DNA of 61,291 nt, filler included, from Diploschistes diacapsis (taxonomy: Eukaryota), in the NCBI GenBank assembly GCA_023645945.1. It is 4 parts of 4 records of this genome, joined end to end, with 100 filler letters (N's around TTAATTAATTAA, not from the genome) between each part and the next. Parts side by side here need not be neighbours in the genome. Positions count along the whole stretch, not along the records: positions 15,361 to 30,611 come from JALAIB010000562.1; positions 30,712 to 45,953 come from JALAIB010000563.1; 2 more parts are not named here. One strand, written 5' to 3'. The notes under the pieces were generated by a model that saw nothing but the letters and a program-made list of their open reading frames with translations, searched no databases and was not told the DNA's origin. The first letter of the stretch is position 1. Each line of letters starts with the position of its first letter. A program made the translations under genes and the position numbers. Positions 22,821 to 34,439 of this stretch are shown piece by piece.

Positions 22821-23789
22821 TGCACTCTAAAACGGATTGCTCAAGAATTGGGAGTGGAGTTCGAATCTCCTTGACTCGAGAAGTCTCAAGTACCAGTCAA
22901 CCTTCTGTTCCGTAGGGAAAGTCCAGCATCTCACTGCAAGCCCTTCTCCGGTGATGTTCGCCTGGAAAAGAAGGTGTTGCTATTCAAGGCGCAGCCATTG
23001 CAGGCAATACAACGTACGTGTCGTCGCTTCATTAAATCGAGCAAGTCTGCGATCCTTGCAATCCTCAATTGCCTGCTGTGCCGCTCGTGTCCGAAGCAAA
23101 AGCTCGTGCATCGAGCCAGCTGCAGTCGGAACCCTTCCGTGCCCACCGTGCCAGTCACGGCAGTGCACATGCAGCGCACATGCAGCGCACTGACGAGGCA
23201 ATCAATGATTGCCGGCATAGAGGCACCAGCATCGCAATGCCGAAGGGGGGTGGGGATTGTAGGCTTGTGCTCGGTTTCCAGAGAATCGCGCATTGGTCGA
23301 CGTCTTTGTCGTGTGGTCCGCCTGCGTTTAGGTGGCCGGGCTGCGTAACCAATCAGAACGGCGATTCCTTTAGCAGCAACTTTCGACCGAATACTACGGT
23401 GATTTGAGTACTGGAGAATGGCGCGTGGGTGGCGGAACTGTTAGATCTCCTACCCTTCAGGTAAACCGTTGGGACAAGCGGGATAAGCCGTCGAAGGGAA
23501 TGAAAGGCTCGACGACGCGGGCCGTCAGATTAGGCAATTTTTTGTTGCCAGATGCACGGAGTACGACATAAGCTTCTGATCGACATTAAGCCCTCGATGA
23601 TCGCGTCTTGCTCAGGCAGATTTGGGTGGGCAGGTACTTTCCTTTTTATACACCTGCGGTCACTTTCCTACAAGGAGAATGTTCATGCCGCTACAGACTC
23701 ACTATCCCCGAAGGTTTCGTACAAGCTTGAGCATTGTTTGCTCACATATTTTCAAATATCTCACAGAATCTTTTTACTCCCAGTAGAGG

Positions 23790-25702
23790 ATGTCGTCCTC
23801 CCACGAGAAGATGACAGAACACACCAACCATACGGTGCTGAACGCACAGGGAGAGCATGGGTTGGGAGGAAATACGTCGAACGGGCCTGTCGAACGTGAT
23901 GTGGTAACTGGCGACATCGATCCTGAAGACGAAGTGAAGGGCGTCAAACTTCTAATCTTGCACATTGGACTGTGTCTCTGCACCTTCCTTGTCGGCTTGG
24001 TATGGGAGTTTCTCAAGAATGTCGTACGGACGAGAATTGCTGACCATGGACGCAGGACTTTACGATCCTTGCCACCGCTGTGCCAGTGATAACGTCTGCT
24101 TTCAATTCAATCAACGATGTCGGGTGGTACGGCGGCGCTTTCTATATTGCACTGTCAGGAACCGACTAACTCATCCTCTAAGTCTGCGACTGACCACATC
24201 TCAGATGCGCAAGCCAGCCTCTGATTGGAAAAGCCTTCACCCTATTTCCGAAGAAGGCTATTTACCTAGGCTCTGTGGCGGCTTTTGAAATCGGGAGTCT
24301 GGTATGCGCATTGGCACCAAATTCCCATGCTCTCATCGTCGGCAGAGCTGTGACCGGCCTGGGTGCATCTGGAATCCTTGGTGGCAGCCTGATTCTCCTG
24401 ACGGTAGTTATTCCGCTTCACAAGCGCGCGGTCTATACTGGAACACTACAATCCATGTTTGCCGTCGCGAGCATTGTTGGGCCTCTGATAGGCGGTGCTC
24501 TGACTCAAAATGTCACTTGGCGGTGGTGCTTCTACGTCAACCTGCCTATTGGAGGCTTTTCAGCCGCGGTCATCCAGGTATTCTGCAACATAAAACGATC
24601 ACCGACTGGAAACATGTCGTCCGCTCAAAAAATCAGAAGCTTGGATGGACTTGGATTCGTATTATTTGCTGGGGCTATCATCATGCTTCTGCTTGGTCTT
24701 CAATGGGGTGGGACGGCATTCGCCTGGAGCTCTTCGGTTATAGTTGGGCTGTTCATTGGAGCCGGAGTAACCTTCCTGGTGTTCGCAGGATGGCAGGTGT
24801 ATATGGGCGACTCTGCTCTAGTGCCATCGAACCTTTTCACTCACCGTAACGTGGTGCTGATATTATGTGCGGGTTTCCTCTCAAACGGACCCTTCCAGAT
24901 TCTTGTCTACTGGCTCCCTATCTGGTTTCAGGCCGTTTTGGGGGTTACTCCTACAGCAAGCGGTGTTAGATACTTGCCAACTGTGATATCGGATGTTCTG
25001 GCGGCCTTTGTCGGTGGCGGACTCGCCATGAAGCTCGGCATGTGGAACCCACTCCTCCTCTTTGGAAATGCAGCAATCGCTCTAGGGGCTGGATTGCTGT
25101 CCACGATATACCCAGGAGTACCGGACGGACATTGGATTGGTTTCCAGATCTTCATCGGGGTTGGCTACTCTCTTGTAACTACTATGGTAAGCTTCCTTTT
25201 ACCTGATGAAACTTTAAAAGCACGCTCACTGACCCAATCACCAAATAAGGCTCACTTGGGCATGCAAGCAACGCTGCCAGTAGCTCTCGTTCCTGTAGGG
25301 ACTTCTACCCTGTTAGCAGTCATTTCAAGTGGCTGTGCCGTATTTCTAGCAGTCGGTCAGGCGGTCTTCCAGATGCGACTTGTAGAAAATCTCTCCGCAG
25401 TGGTATCGGCGAACATGGTCAATGCGGTATTAGGCATTGGGGCAACAGAAATACGGTCGATTGTCGATCAGGCAGATTTGGCGGCTGTTGTCAATGCATA
25501 TGGTAAAGCCGTGACTGAGGTTTTCGTGAGTTTCCTGACGATTTGGCTTTCCTTGCTCGCTAATCGATGCAAGTATATTCCAGCTGCAGCCCCTGTTCTT
25601 GCATTTTTGTGCGTATGCTTCACTGCCTGGATCTCCGTGAAGAAATCGGAAGGAAAGGACTTGGAGAGCAAGAACGGACAAAGCACAATCGAGAAGGTAT
25701 GA
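23790..25702 (+). CDS. MFS drug:H+ antiporter (DHA2, 14-TMS) efflux pump, multi-exon
   Basis: [51 protein letters not shown]...[27 protein letters not shown]. Confidence 0.93.
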
Positions 25703-26334
25703 ACCGCCAAGCATTGACATCGAAGAGGTTGAGAGGCCCAGTCAGAGAGGCATAATTCGTAGTAAATTTCAAAGTAGTTTTGGGGTGCATCTAGACCAAA
25801 TCCTGACACTCTCCTTGTTCAGGCGTACTGTATATTCATCTCTGAACGACCCTCTCCGCCACTTCTTTCAATTTGAGTGTGGACACATCCGTGAAGTCGC
25901 CCTCTGCACAGCCCTGCTCTCCTCCCTGCCCCTCCACCTGTTCCTACTTTGTTCCCTTCTCTGCACCCTTTCCTCGTCTTTCGACCTGCCAACCTTCCTC
26001 GTCTTTCGACCTGCCAACGAATCGTGCGACAACCGCATCCACCCCCCTTTCTCCTGATTTTTCATCAACCTCAGCTTTGTCCACAGCCCAAGCTCTGTCA
26101 GGCAGTGCTTGCCACTCTTTATGCTCTTTCTTAATCCGAGTAAGGCACAGGTCAGCTCTGTTTTCAGGAGGACAACTTGAAATTGGAAACCATAGCACAG
26201 AAAAGCTCTTCGATTGGCTTACAAACATCAATTCTCTGGTCAGTCAACTGTAAACAACTGAGTCCCTGAGCTTAGATCGGTCCATACCAAAGTTACATAG
26301 TTTCACCCGTCCTCAAGGACAGAGAATCTTCCAA

Positions 26335-29280
26335 ATGGATATCTTCAACTCGTCGCACACTCCCTTCGACATCGTCCAGGACATCAGCAAACTTGCCGAA
26401 GATGACGATGCTTTCAGCCAGTTTGGGTCCTTTAGTAGTTCCATCTACGACACGGCTTGGCTCTCAATGGTTCGTCGCGAAGGAGACGGGCAAGAGCAGC
26501 TCCATTGGATCTTCGACGGCTGCTTTGAGTTCATTCTGGAAGCCCAGCAGGATGATGGCACCTGGCCCAGCTATGCTTCACCGGTCGACGGAATACTCAA
26601 CACCTTAGCTTCTCTGCTTGCTCTTGCTACTCGAATGAAATTGAGCATGTCGGACAAAGACACGAAAATGGCGTTGCAGCACCGTATCGATCGAGCTCAA
26701 AATGGTCTGAGTTCTATCCTGCAAAGGTGGAAAGTCAGGGAGGCCATCCACGTCGGGTTTGAGATATTGATACCCAGCCTCCTTCGTCAGCTTGAGGGGT
26801 TCAGAGTCGTTTTCCGGTTTTCCGGTTTCCAAGAACTTATGCAACTGCACGACAAGAAAATGAAAAGGTTCAAATCTTCCATGGTGTATTCAGCCAAACA
26901 GACGACGCTTTTGCACTCTTTGGAGGCGCTCGTTGGGTTGATTGAGTTTGAGAGAGTGAGCCATCACTGCAACGAGAAAACCGGTATTCTTGGCTCTCCT
27001 TCCTCAACAGCAGCCTATTTCATCAACAATCCACGGGATATCCGAGCAGAGAAGTATCTTAGATCGGTGCTTGTCGCAAACAAGAAGTCCTTCGCAGTCC
27101 CCAGCGCCTACCCTACATGCATCTTTGAGTTATCCTGGGCTTTGTCAACGTTAGTCCCTAACTTACCAAGCCCCACGCATCTGGAGACTGCAGGCCTCGG
27201 ACGCATCTCGTCAGCACTGTCTACTTTATTTGAGAAGCAAAATGGGCTTGTTGGTTTTGCGCCCGGAGTGTTGGAAGATGCCGATGATACAGCGCGTGTC
27301 ATTTTGGCTCTTCGAAGCTTGGGATTGGAGGTAGATCCTAAACCAATGATCGAGATGTTCGAGTCCGAAACGTACTTCAAGACTTATCTGTTGGAGCAGA
27401 ACGCGAGCTTCAGCACAAATTGTAACGTTCTCTTAGCTTTGCTGAGTCTGCCATCTCCCGATACGCATCTCTCCCAGATCGAAAAAGCTTTAGCATTTCT
27501 TCTTGAGAGATGGGAAACGCGCACAATCACTGACAAATGGAATATTTCTTCTTATTATTCTTTGATGCTAATCAGCGAAGCTTTGGTAGGCGTTCTCAAG
27601 CGCCGGGACGACGGCCACTTGCAAAAACTCTCGGCAGCTTTTATGGAAGATCGTGTGCCTGCAGCAATATGTCAAATACTCTCATATATTCTGGCGAATC
27701 AGCATGAAGACTGTTCCTGGGCACATTCCCAAGAAATCACGGCATACTGCGTCATGGCGCTCTCCCATCACGCCTCTCTTCCCTGGAGTCTAGAGCTTGG
27801 ACGACAAGTAGCTGCTCGTCTTGAAGGAGGCCAGAGGTACATTAAAGAGCATCAGTCGGAGTCGAAGTCCTCCGACGGTAACTATCTCTGGATTGAAAAA
27901 ACCACGTACGCTTCTTCTCTCTTGCACAACGTCTATTGCACAACCGCCATCCATGTTTTAGTTCCCCAAAAAACTTGGAAACAACAAGCCCAAGAGCTGT
28001 TCTGCCCTCGAACTTCGGATTTGGCAGCGACGCAGCATCTGACCTCTGCATTGCCCATGTTCAGCGAGCCGCCTCTCCTCTCGCTAGAGCTGGCTTTGCT
28101 TGAGGCCAAAATATTGGCGACGCGTCTGCAGAGAGCTAGGCATACCATCGTCACTAAAGAGTGGATGAAAATGAAAGAGGGTAAGTATCTGAAATACATT
28201 CCGTTTATTTGGGTGGCTTGTAATCAGCGGAATGGCAACAACCTCTCTTCCAATGCTGTTTGGGATATGGTGACGCTATCACTGTTCATCTATCAAATGG
28301 ACGAGCTCATGGAGTCCATCGTGGGGCAGTTCGATTCACACTCACTGCAGAAGCTGGCGTCGAAGCTGGCGCAGGAGTGCGGCTTCAATTTTGAAGAAGA
28401 AGTACGTGATGATGCGCTGCAGGTGCTGCACCTCCATCATGAGGATGTGGTAAACGTCAACGACAAACGACGAGCCGCGGCCGCATCGACAACTGAAGAG
28501 GTGCAAGCGGAGCCGGCCACATTCGAGGTAGTCACCAAGATCTTGAGTGGGTTTATCCAGCATGTGCTCCAGCATCCCGCAGTCCTTCAATCGCCGTTGC
28601 GCGTCCAGCGGGAACTGGCAACCGAAGTTTACAATTTCCTGATCGCTCATGTCAATCATTCTCTTGACGGCAAGTCTCTGCGGAAAAGTTCGAAGAAGCT
28701 CAAGCTTGGAGCTGACTCGGACTGGTCCGCTCCGAGCTCGCCGTTCGCGCTTTCACAAACTAGTTACTTCAAGTGGGTTCACACAACCGCGTCGGACGAC
28801 ACAAGCTGCCCCTTCGCATTCAAATTCTTCCTCTGTCTAATCGGCCAGTCGACGGAATCGTACCTCGGGGCTCCTCAAGAGAAGTACTACAGCCAGAGCC
28901 TCGTCAGGCATCTTTCCACAATGTGCCGACAGTACAACGATTACGGTTCGGCCAAGCGAGACGCCGAGGAAAGCAATTTGAACAGCCTGGACTTCCCAGA
29001 TTTTCAATCCGGCGCCGGAAGTGCAGCGCGTCAAGCAGATGGAGGCTGTGACTCCCAGTCAATGAAACAAGAGCTTATGGCAATCGCGGAGTTCGAGCGA
29101 TCGTGCATGCAACTAGCGCTGCAGAACTTAAGGCAGGTAGCTTCCAGTGCAGAGACTGTCGAGGCCTTAGAGACGTATATTGATGTGACAGACTTATTCG
29201 GCCAAATTTATGTACAGGCTGACCTTTCTAGTCGTAGTTTTTTTGTGAGAACTGAAGAGGATACATGTGCTCCTGGATAA
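26335..29280 (+). CDS. Bifunctional class II/class I diterpene synthase (fungal copalyl diphosphate/ent-kaurene synthase-like), 981 aa
   Basis: SIYDTAW, QW motifs (QQDDGTW, QHEDCSW), LHSLEA, SPSSTAAY, class II DxDD (DADD, aa 315-318), DKWN, WIEK, class I DELME (aa 656-660) and NDYGSAKRD (aa 868-876). Single uninterrupted ORF. Confidence 0.93.
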   Translation: MDIFNSSHTPFDIVQDISKLAEDDDAFSQFGSFSSSIYDTAWLSMVRREGDGQEQLHWIFDGCFEFILEAQQDDGTWPSYASPVDGILNTLASLLALATRMKLSMSDKDTKMALQHRIDRAQNGLSSILQRWKVREAIHVGFEILIPSLLRQLEGFRVVFRFSGFQELMQLHDKKMKRFKSSMVYSAKQTTLLHSLEALVGLIEFERVSHHCNEKTGILGSPSSTAAYFINNPRDIRAEKYLRSVLVANKKSFAVPSAYPTCIFELSWALSTLVPNLPSPTHLETAGLGRISSALSTLFEKQNGLVGFAPGVLEDADDTARVILALRSLGLEVDPKPMIEMFESETYFKTYLLEQNASFSTNCNVLLALLSLPSPDTHLSQIEKALAFLLERWETRTITDKWNISSYYSLMLISEALVGVLKRRDDGHLQKLSAAFMEDRVPAAICQILSYILANQHEDCSWAHSQEITAYCVMALSHHASLPWSLELGRQVAARLEGGQRYIKEHQSESKSSDGNYLWIEKTTYASSLLHNVYCTTAIHVLVPQKTWKQQAQELFCPRTSDLAATQHLTSALPMFSEPPLLSLELALLEAKILATRLQRARHTIVTKEWMKMKEGKYLKYIPFIWVACNQRNGNNLSSNAVWDMVTLSLFIYQMDELMESIVGQFDSHSLQKLASKLAQECGFNFEEEVRDDALQVLHLHHEDVVNVNDKRRAAAASTTEEVQAEPATFEVVTKILSGFIQHVLQHPAVLQSPLRVQRELATEVYNFLIAHVNHSLDGKSLRKSSKKLKLGADSDWSAPSSPFALSQTSYFKWVHTTASDDTSCPFAFKFFLCLIGQSTESYLGAPQEKYYSQSLVRHLSTMCRQYNDYGSAKRDAEESNLNSLDFPDFQSGAGSAARQADGGCDSQSMKQELMAIAEFERSCMQLALQNLRQVASSAETVEALETYIDVTDLFGQIYVQADLSSRSFFVRTEEDTCAPG

Positions 29281-29464
29281 TTTTATCTGAGGAAGGTTTC
29301 TCCGCACGGCCTGAATTGTAAAAGCAAACCTTTTTCCCTTTGGGGACATGCTAGTGTGAAACACTTTGTGTTTAGATCGATTGTTAATAATGTTATTATG
29401 TCGAGCTAAATAGCGTTTAGGTATATTTTATAATAACTTTCATCTCCGCTGTTAGGTATATAAG

Positions 29465-29648
29465 TGTTTGATAAACCGGCACAGGCCGGGTTGTCTGACA
29501 GTGCGGGCTCAAGTGTCGGTCCACCCTAGTAGCAAGTGACTAGCTAGGGTGTCGCGCTAGCTATAAATCTCTTCATAGCTAGCTAGCAGTAGTTCTTTCC
29601 TTTTCAATCAATCCCACTGCTAGACCACCGACCCAATACCTTCCAACA
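29465..29648 (-). mobile_element. Solo LTR, copy 2, inverted relative to copy 1
   Basis: Reverse complement of 19213-19401 with few differences. TG...CA ends and exact 5-bp TSD ATAAG (29460-29464, 29649-29653). Confidence 0.85.
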
Positions 29649-29970
29649 ATAAGTCCAAATATCCTCTGACTAGGAGGGTGCGCATCCTTTTAGCTCAATA
29701 ATACCCGCCATAATAACGTAGATCTTTAGTCTATATAACAACGATAACGTATTTCTGCTAATATTTATTTTAGTTTCTTTATTTAGGTCTCGAATTTTTG
29801 TTTTTAAAATAATTTACATAGTTTAGATCCCGTTATTTAAATAAACGATATTCGTTTTATTCATCTTATCTTTTGCGTAGGCGAGCTAAAAATTGGTTTA
29901 ATTGTTCGAAATCTTTTTTTCGTATTTTATTTTTAACGTTAAATAATAGTGTCAGATTATTAACCTCTAT

Positions 29971-30190
29971 GGGTTAGTGTCTGACTAACAACTAGTGGAC
30001 CTGGAAGATCTAGGAGGTTCTATACTGGTCTAGAACCTAATAGAACATTATCAAGGGTCCTACTAGCAATGATCGATCGTTCTACTAGTAGCCAGGTGCT
30101 ACTAGGAAGGATGTTTGGATTATTGGATCATTATTGGATTAATGATCCAATAATATTTGGACCAGGGGTCCAATAAATGTTGGATTACTT
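29971..30190 (+). repeat. Degenerate repeat fragment, copy 2, within an AT-rich TE-relic zone running to the contig end
   Basis: Collinear similarity to 18451-18635. Internal TTGGAT/ATCCAA repeats. A 20-bp tandem ATCTTCATCTCCATCATACT follows at 30361-30400. Confidence 0.55.
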
Positions 30191-30611
30191 AATCCAATAT
30201 TTACGCTGGATTGTGGGACAAACAATGTTGGATTAGGAGATCCAGCATTATCGGAGATTACTAGGTAGTATTGATTACTAGTAATAACAGATGAAAGTAT
30301 GTATAAAAGATCTTTCATCTCCCACTATCTATAGCTTTAATCTCTATCTCCATTAATACTATCTTCATCTCCATCATACTATCTTCATCTCCATCATACT
30401 ATCTTTATCTTAATTCATTACCTCCTACAATAATAAAACATTATTATTGTACTTAGCAAATATTTCCCTTAGCACTCTATTGTCTATTTAGTCACCAACC
30501 ACACTCCCACCTTTCCACAAATAGGATGATCGAATATTAATAATTTTAATAGATAATTATACGTAAATTTAAGAAATTATGATTTTTAATTATTTATTGT
30601 TACTTAAGGGA

Positions 30612-30711
30612 NNNNNNNNNNNNNNNNNNNNNNNNNNNNNNNNNNNNNNNNNNNNTTAATTAATTAANNNNNNNNNNNNNNNNNNNNNNNNNNNNNNNNN
30701 NNNNNNNNNNN
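30612..30711. other. Artificial contig linker
   Basis: N44-TTAATTAATTAA-N44. Confidence 0.97.
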
Positions 30712-33700
30712 CCACCAGGCGGCGATAAAGCTCCGCATACCTCACTCCGCCGCCGCCCCCCAGCGCGCTCGACCCGCCGGCCCCGCTGCCCAGCATCTCG
30801 TCCAAGCACGCCAGCACCACGCCCTTCAGCTCCGCCCTCGCCCTCCTCTCCGCCGCGCCCATGCCCTCCGTCAGCAGCGCCATGTCGATCAGCCCGGTGC
30901 GCTGGTCGGTCGCGGCCTGCTTCAGCGCGGCGCCGATCAGGCGCACCGCCTCGTCGACGTCCGCGACCTGCACCTCCTGGCTCAGTCGCATCTTGGCGTG
31001 CGCTTCGGCCAGCCGGATCATGGACTCGAGCTGCCGCGTGGTGGCGGTGATGCGGCGCTCCGAGGAGCGCATGTCGGAGCCGAGGGCGCGCATGCTGACG
31101 TAGGCGCTCACGAGGGCGGAGGAGGCGGCGGCCGTGAGTTTGGGATGGAGCGTTTCGCGGGCGTAGGTCAGGTAGGAGGTTAAGAATTCGAGGGGCTGGA
31201 TGCAAAAGGGGGGACAGTCAGTGGCATGTGCTTTTTCGTAGTGGGGGAGGTGTTGGGCCTTGATGGAAGGAGGAATGGGGGAAAGAGAAAGCGAATGGGA
31301 ATGATGGGTTAAAGGTGCGCCAGGCAAAAGGCTGGCTGCAACGTACCAGAATCTCCTCGCTGCTTCCCGTCTCCATTCTGTCGTCCAGGTACATGCCGAC
31401 CAGATGCTTTGCCAGCCTTCTGTCATTCTGCTCGTCTACCCGGTCCAGCACAAGATACACCAGATCAAATCTAGACAACAGCGTCGGCGGCAAGTCGATA
31501 TTCTGTGGCACCGGCAGGTTCGGGTTATACTTGCTCCCGATTGGATTCGCACTGGCAAGGATACTCGTCCGCGCATTGAGCGTGGTGATAATCCCAGCCT
31601 TGGCAATGGACACGGTCTGCTGCTCCATAACCTCATGCAGTACGCTTCGCGTCGAGTCGGACATCTTGTCGAACTCGTCGATACAGCAGATTCCCCCGTC
31701 GCTCAGCACCAGCGCGCCGGATTCGAGCACGAGCTGCCGCGTCTCCGGGTCACGCGTCACGTACGCCGTCAGGCCGACGGCCGAGGAGCCTTTGCCGGAC
31801 GTGTAGACGCCTCTGGGCGCGATGCGGTGCACGTAGGACAGGAGCTGGGACTTGGCAGTTGAGGGGTCGCCACATAATAATATGTTGATATCGCCTCTGT
31901 ACTTGGGCGAGCCGCCCTTCTGGAAGGTTTTGTTCGTGCCACCGAACATTTGTAGCAAAATGCCTTTCTTGACGTCGTCCATCTCATAGATGCCCGGCGC
32001 CAGGGAGCGGGCTAGAAGCTCGTACACATCTGGCCTGGCGGCGGTGGCGCGGATCTTGGCTTCTTCCTCTTCGGTAAATTTGCGGATTTGCTGCACATCC
32101 CCCGCTATCTGCTCCGAGAGCTCTTGCTCGATGGTGCTGACGTCGATACCGAGGCGCTTCTTATCCACTTTTTGGATGTGCAGGACGTCGATGTATGTCT
32201 TGAAGAGGTTCTTGATCGTGCGCTGCCGGGGGTTGATCCTTACCGGATTGCTCCTAAATATCCCCGTCACCTCGATACGATCGCCGGCCTTGCACACGTC
32301 GACGAGTTCCTCGTATGCGCAGAGGGACACTGAGTGAGGCGTCTGTCCATCGGGGACGTTGTCAGGGGTTTCCTGCAGCTTGATGATTTGCTTGTCTGCG
32401 AACTGACAGCGGTTGTGCACAATCTGCATGCTATTCTTCGACTGACAGGTGCGGCGGGGACAGACGGTTGGTTCAGCGATCTTGCCACGGTCGAGAGGGA
32501 CGTTGATGGCATGGTTGCAGACGGAGCATTGGAAGAAGGCTAAAGAAGTGTTAAATGGGGTGCAAGAGATATACCGAAGATGGACTTACCAACTTTCATA
32601 TCCGGAATGATAGGGGTTGTGCGAATAACGAGGCCTTTAATGCTGACCATCTTGTCCATATCTGAAGTAGATTAGCATTAGGTTATCATACATTTGTTGT
32701 AGCGAGATACCATTCGGATTTAGGTCCCGCATATTGATGCTCCCATCTAGCCCGAACGGCTTGGTCTTGTAAACACGCGTCTCGACCTCCTGAATCAGAT
32801 CCGGTACATCGTCAGCTTGAGCAGCAGCATCCGCCTGGGCGTTTGATTCTGAGCTTGGAACAGCAGGTACGGAACTTGAGCGTTGCTGCTGATTCTGTCT
32901 CCTCTCTGTTTTTATCCTATTCATTTCCTCTTCCGCTATGTCAATCATTAGATCCTTAATAGCTTGGTCCATAATCGGGATGATCTCATGCGGATACGCC
33001 TGCAACTGATGCCAGAGCTTAACCGTTGAAGGATAGCACTTCAGGTTTCGGACGTCCAGGTTGAAGCCTGTAAGCCCCATATGCAGCATATTTCTTAACA
33101 TTTCGAGGTACTCTTTTTCATTCGCCCCGCTCTCTGGATCCGAGGTTTCCTCCTCTATTGCGCCCTCTGCCCACATACGATATTTCCTCTGGTACCCAAG
33201 CAGAAAGTCCTTGAATTTTGCAATCGTATCTTGTAGCGATATATTTGTTCCCCAGATGGTCCTCGTAGATGAACCGCCCATTGCATCAGCCTCCGAGGTG
33301 TTCGGGTCCATGTTCGAAAACGTCGCGGCATCCGAGTTCGAGTTCCCATCTCTTACAGGCAAGCCATTCTCATCCACAAACATCCTTCGACGACGGCCCG
33401 ACGACGCACTGAAGATATCAGAATGGATGTCGCTCCGCCGTGAGTTGTTCAGACCCGAAGCGCCAGGCGCAGAAGACCTTGGTGTACGGGCAAACAGTCC
33501 GCTGCTGGGTTGATCCGAGGGACGATGGCCATTAGTAGCGACGGCTCGTGTGGGACTCGAGCTCGACACGTATCTGATGGGCGATGATTCTGTTCATGCT
33601 TTAGCTACTTTTTTTGAATGCGCCTTGATTATACGAACCGCCCGGTTGGGGACCCCGCCCGCGAGGTGTCGACTCATCATCCGCAACGCTCGATGCTTTT

Positions 33701-33915
33701 ATTCTTGCGCCTCCTGCACTTGCAGGCGTTGCATTGGCAGACGTGGATTCGAAGAAAATTGGGGAGGACATGGGTACATTCGAGCTAGTCCGCTGCTGCT
33801 GTGGTGTGCGCTGGGCAGCAGCGGGTGTGCCAGTTTGTTGTTGGGCTGTGCGTGATCGCGCAGGCGTGCCCGATACTGAGCTTCGCTTCGACCTATGTGA
33901 AACTGGCGACGACAT
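30712..33915 (-). CDS. MCM4: DNA replication licensing factor MCM4 (CDC54), multi-exon; 3' end cut by the contig edge
   Basis: Ser/Pro-rich N-terminus, [69 protein letters not shown] arginine finger, [17 protein letters not shown]. Confidence 0.96.
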
Positions 33916-34439
33916 ACTGGCTGTGAAGGTTAGATGATGTTGTCTATCTGCCAGTAATTGAAGTGGGATGAAGGTAGGGAAGCGAACGCGACCCGGCGCG
34001 AAAGGCTCGCGTACATTAGTCTTGGCGTGCGCTGCTAGATTTCCTGTATATGTTGACTACCATTGTACTTTGCTAGATTCCAGTATATATCATTCCTTTA
34101 CAGAATCTAGTTTGTCATTCCCGTCCCTTCATAATTCGAACTCTTCCCTAGACGACGATTTCCCGATTTCGCTAGTGTGTGCTACGAAGCTTATAGCGGT
34201 TGTAACATTAGCCAGTTGGTCTTGCCAATAGTATGGTCCCTTCGAGCCAACCACCTGATCAAGACATACAAACCTCCTAGTCCCCCTTTTCGCCTGCTTT
34301 ATATAGTCAAACTCTGAGCTTGCTTCATCCCCGTGTAGGCTTTACTGGAAATCTTGAGAGAATTCGGTAACGACATCTCAAAACTCCAATACTATCAACC
34401 CCATATCGTACTACCATCCTAGGCCCTGAGCAGCATCAT

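Noticed and set aside
22837..23407. Cys/Arg-rich short ORFs between the P450 and MFS genes
   Set aside because: No Zn2Cys6 spacing or other domain. They overlap in many frames and are best read as promoter DNA.
21153..29280. Calling this a gibberellin cluster
   Set aside because: Only one P450, no GGPP synthase and no desaturase are visible, and motifs alone do not show ent-kaurene as the product.
19213..29648. Idea that the two LTRs are the ends of one retroelement or composite transposon carrying the cluster
   Set aside because: They are inverted, each has its own different intact TSD, and there is no gag/pol between them.
30656..30711. ORF ends reading ...XXXLIN
   Set aside because: Translation of the artificial linker.
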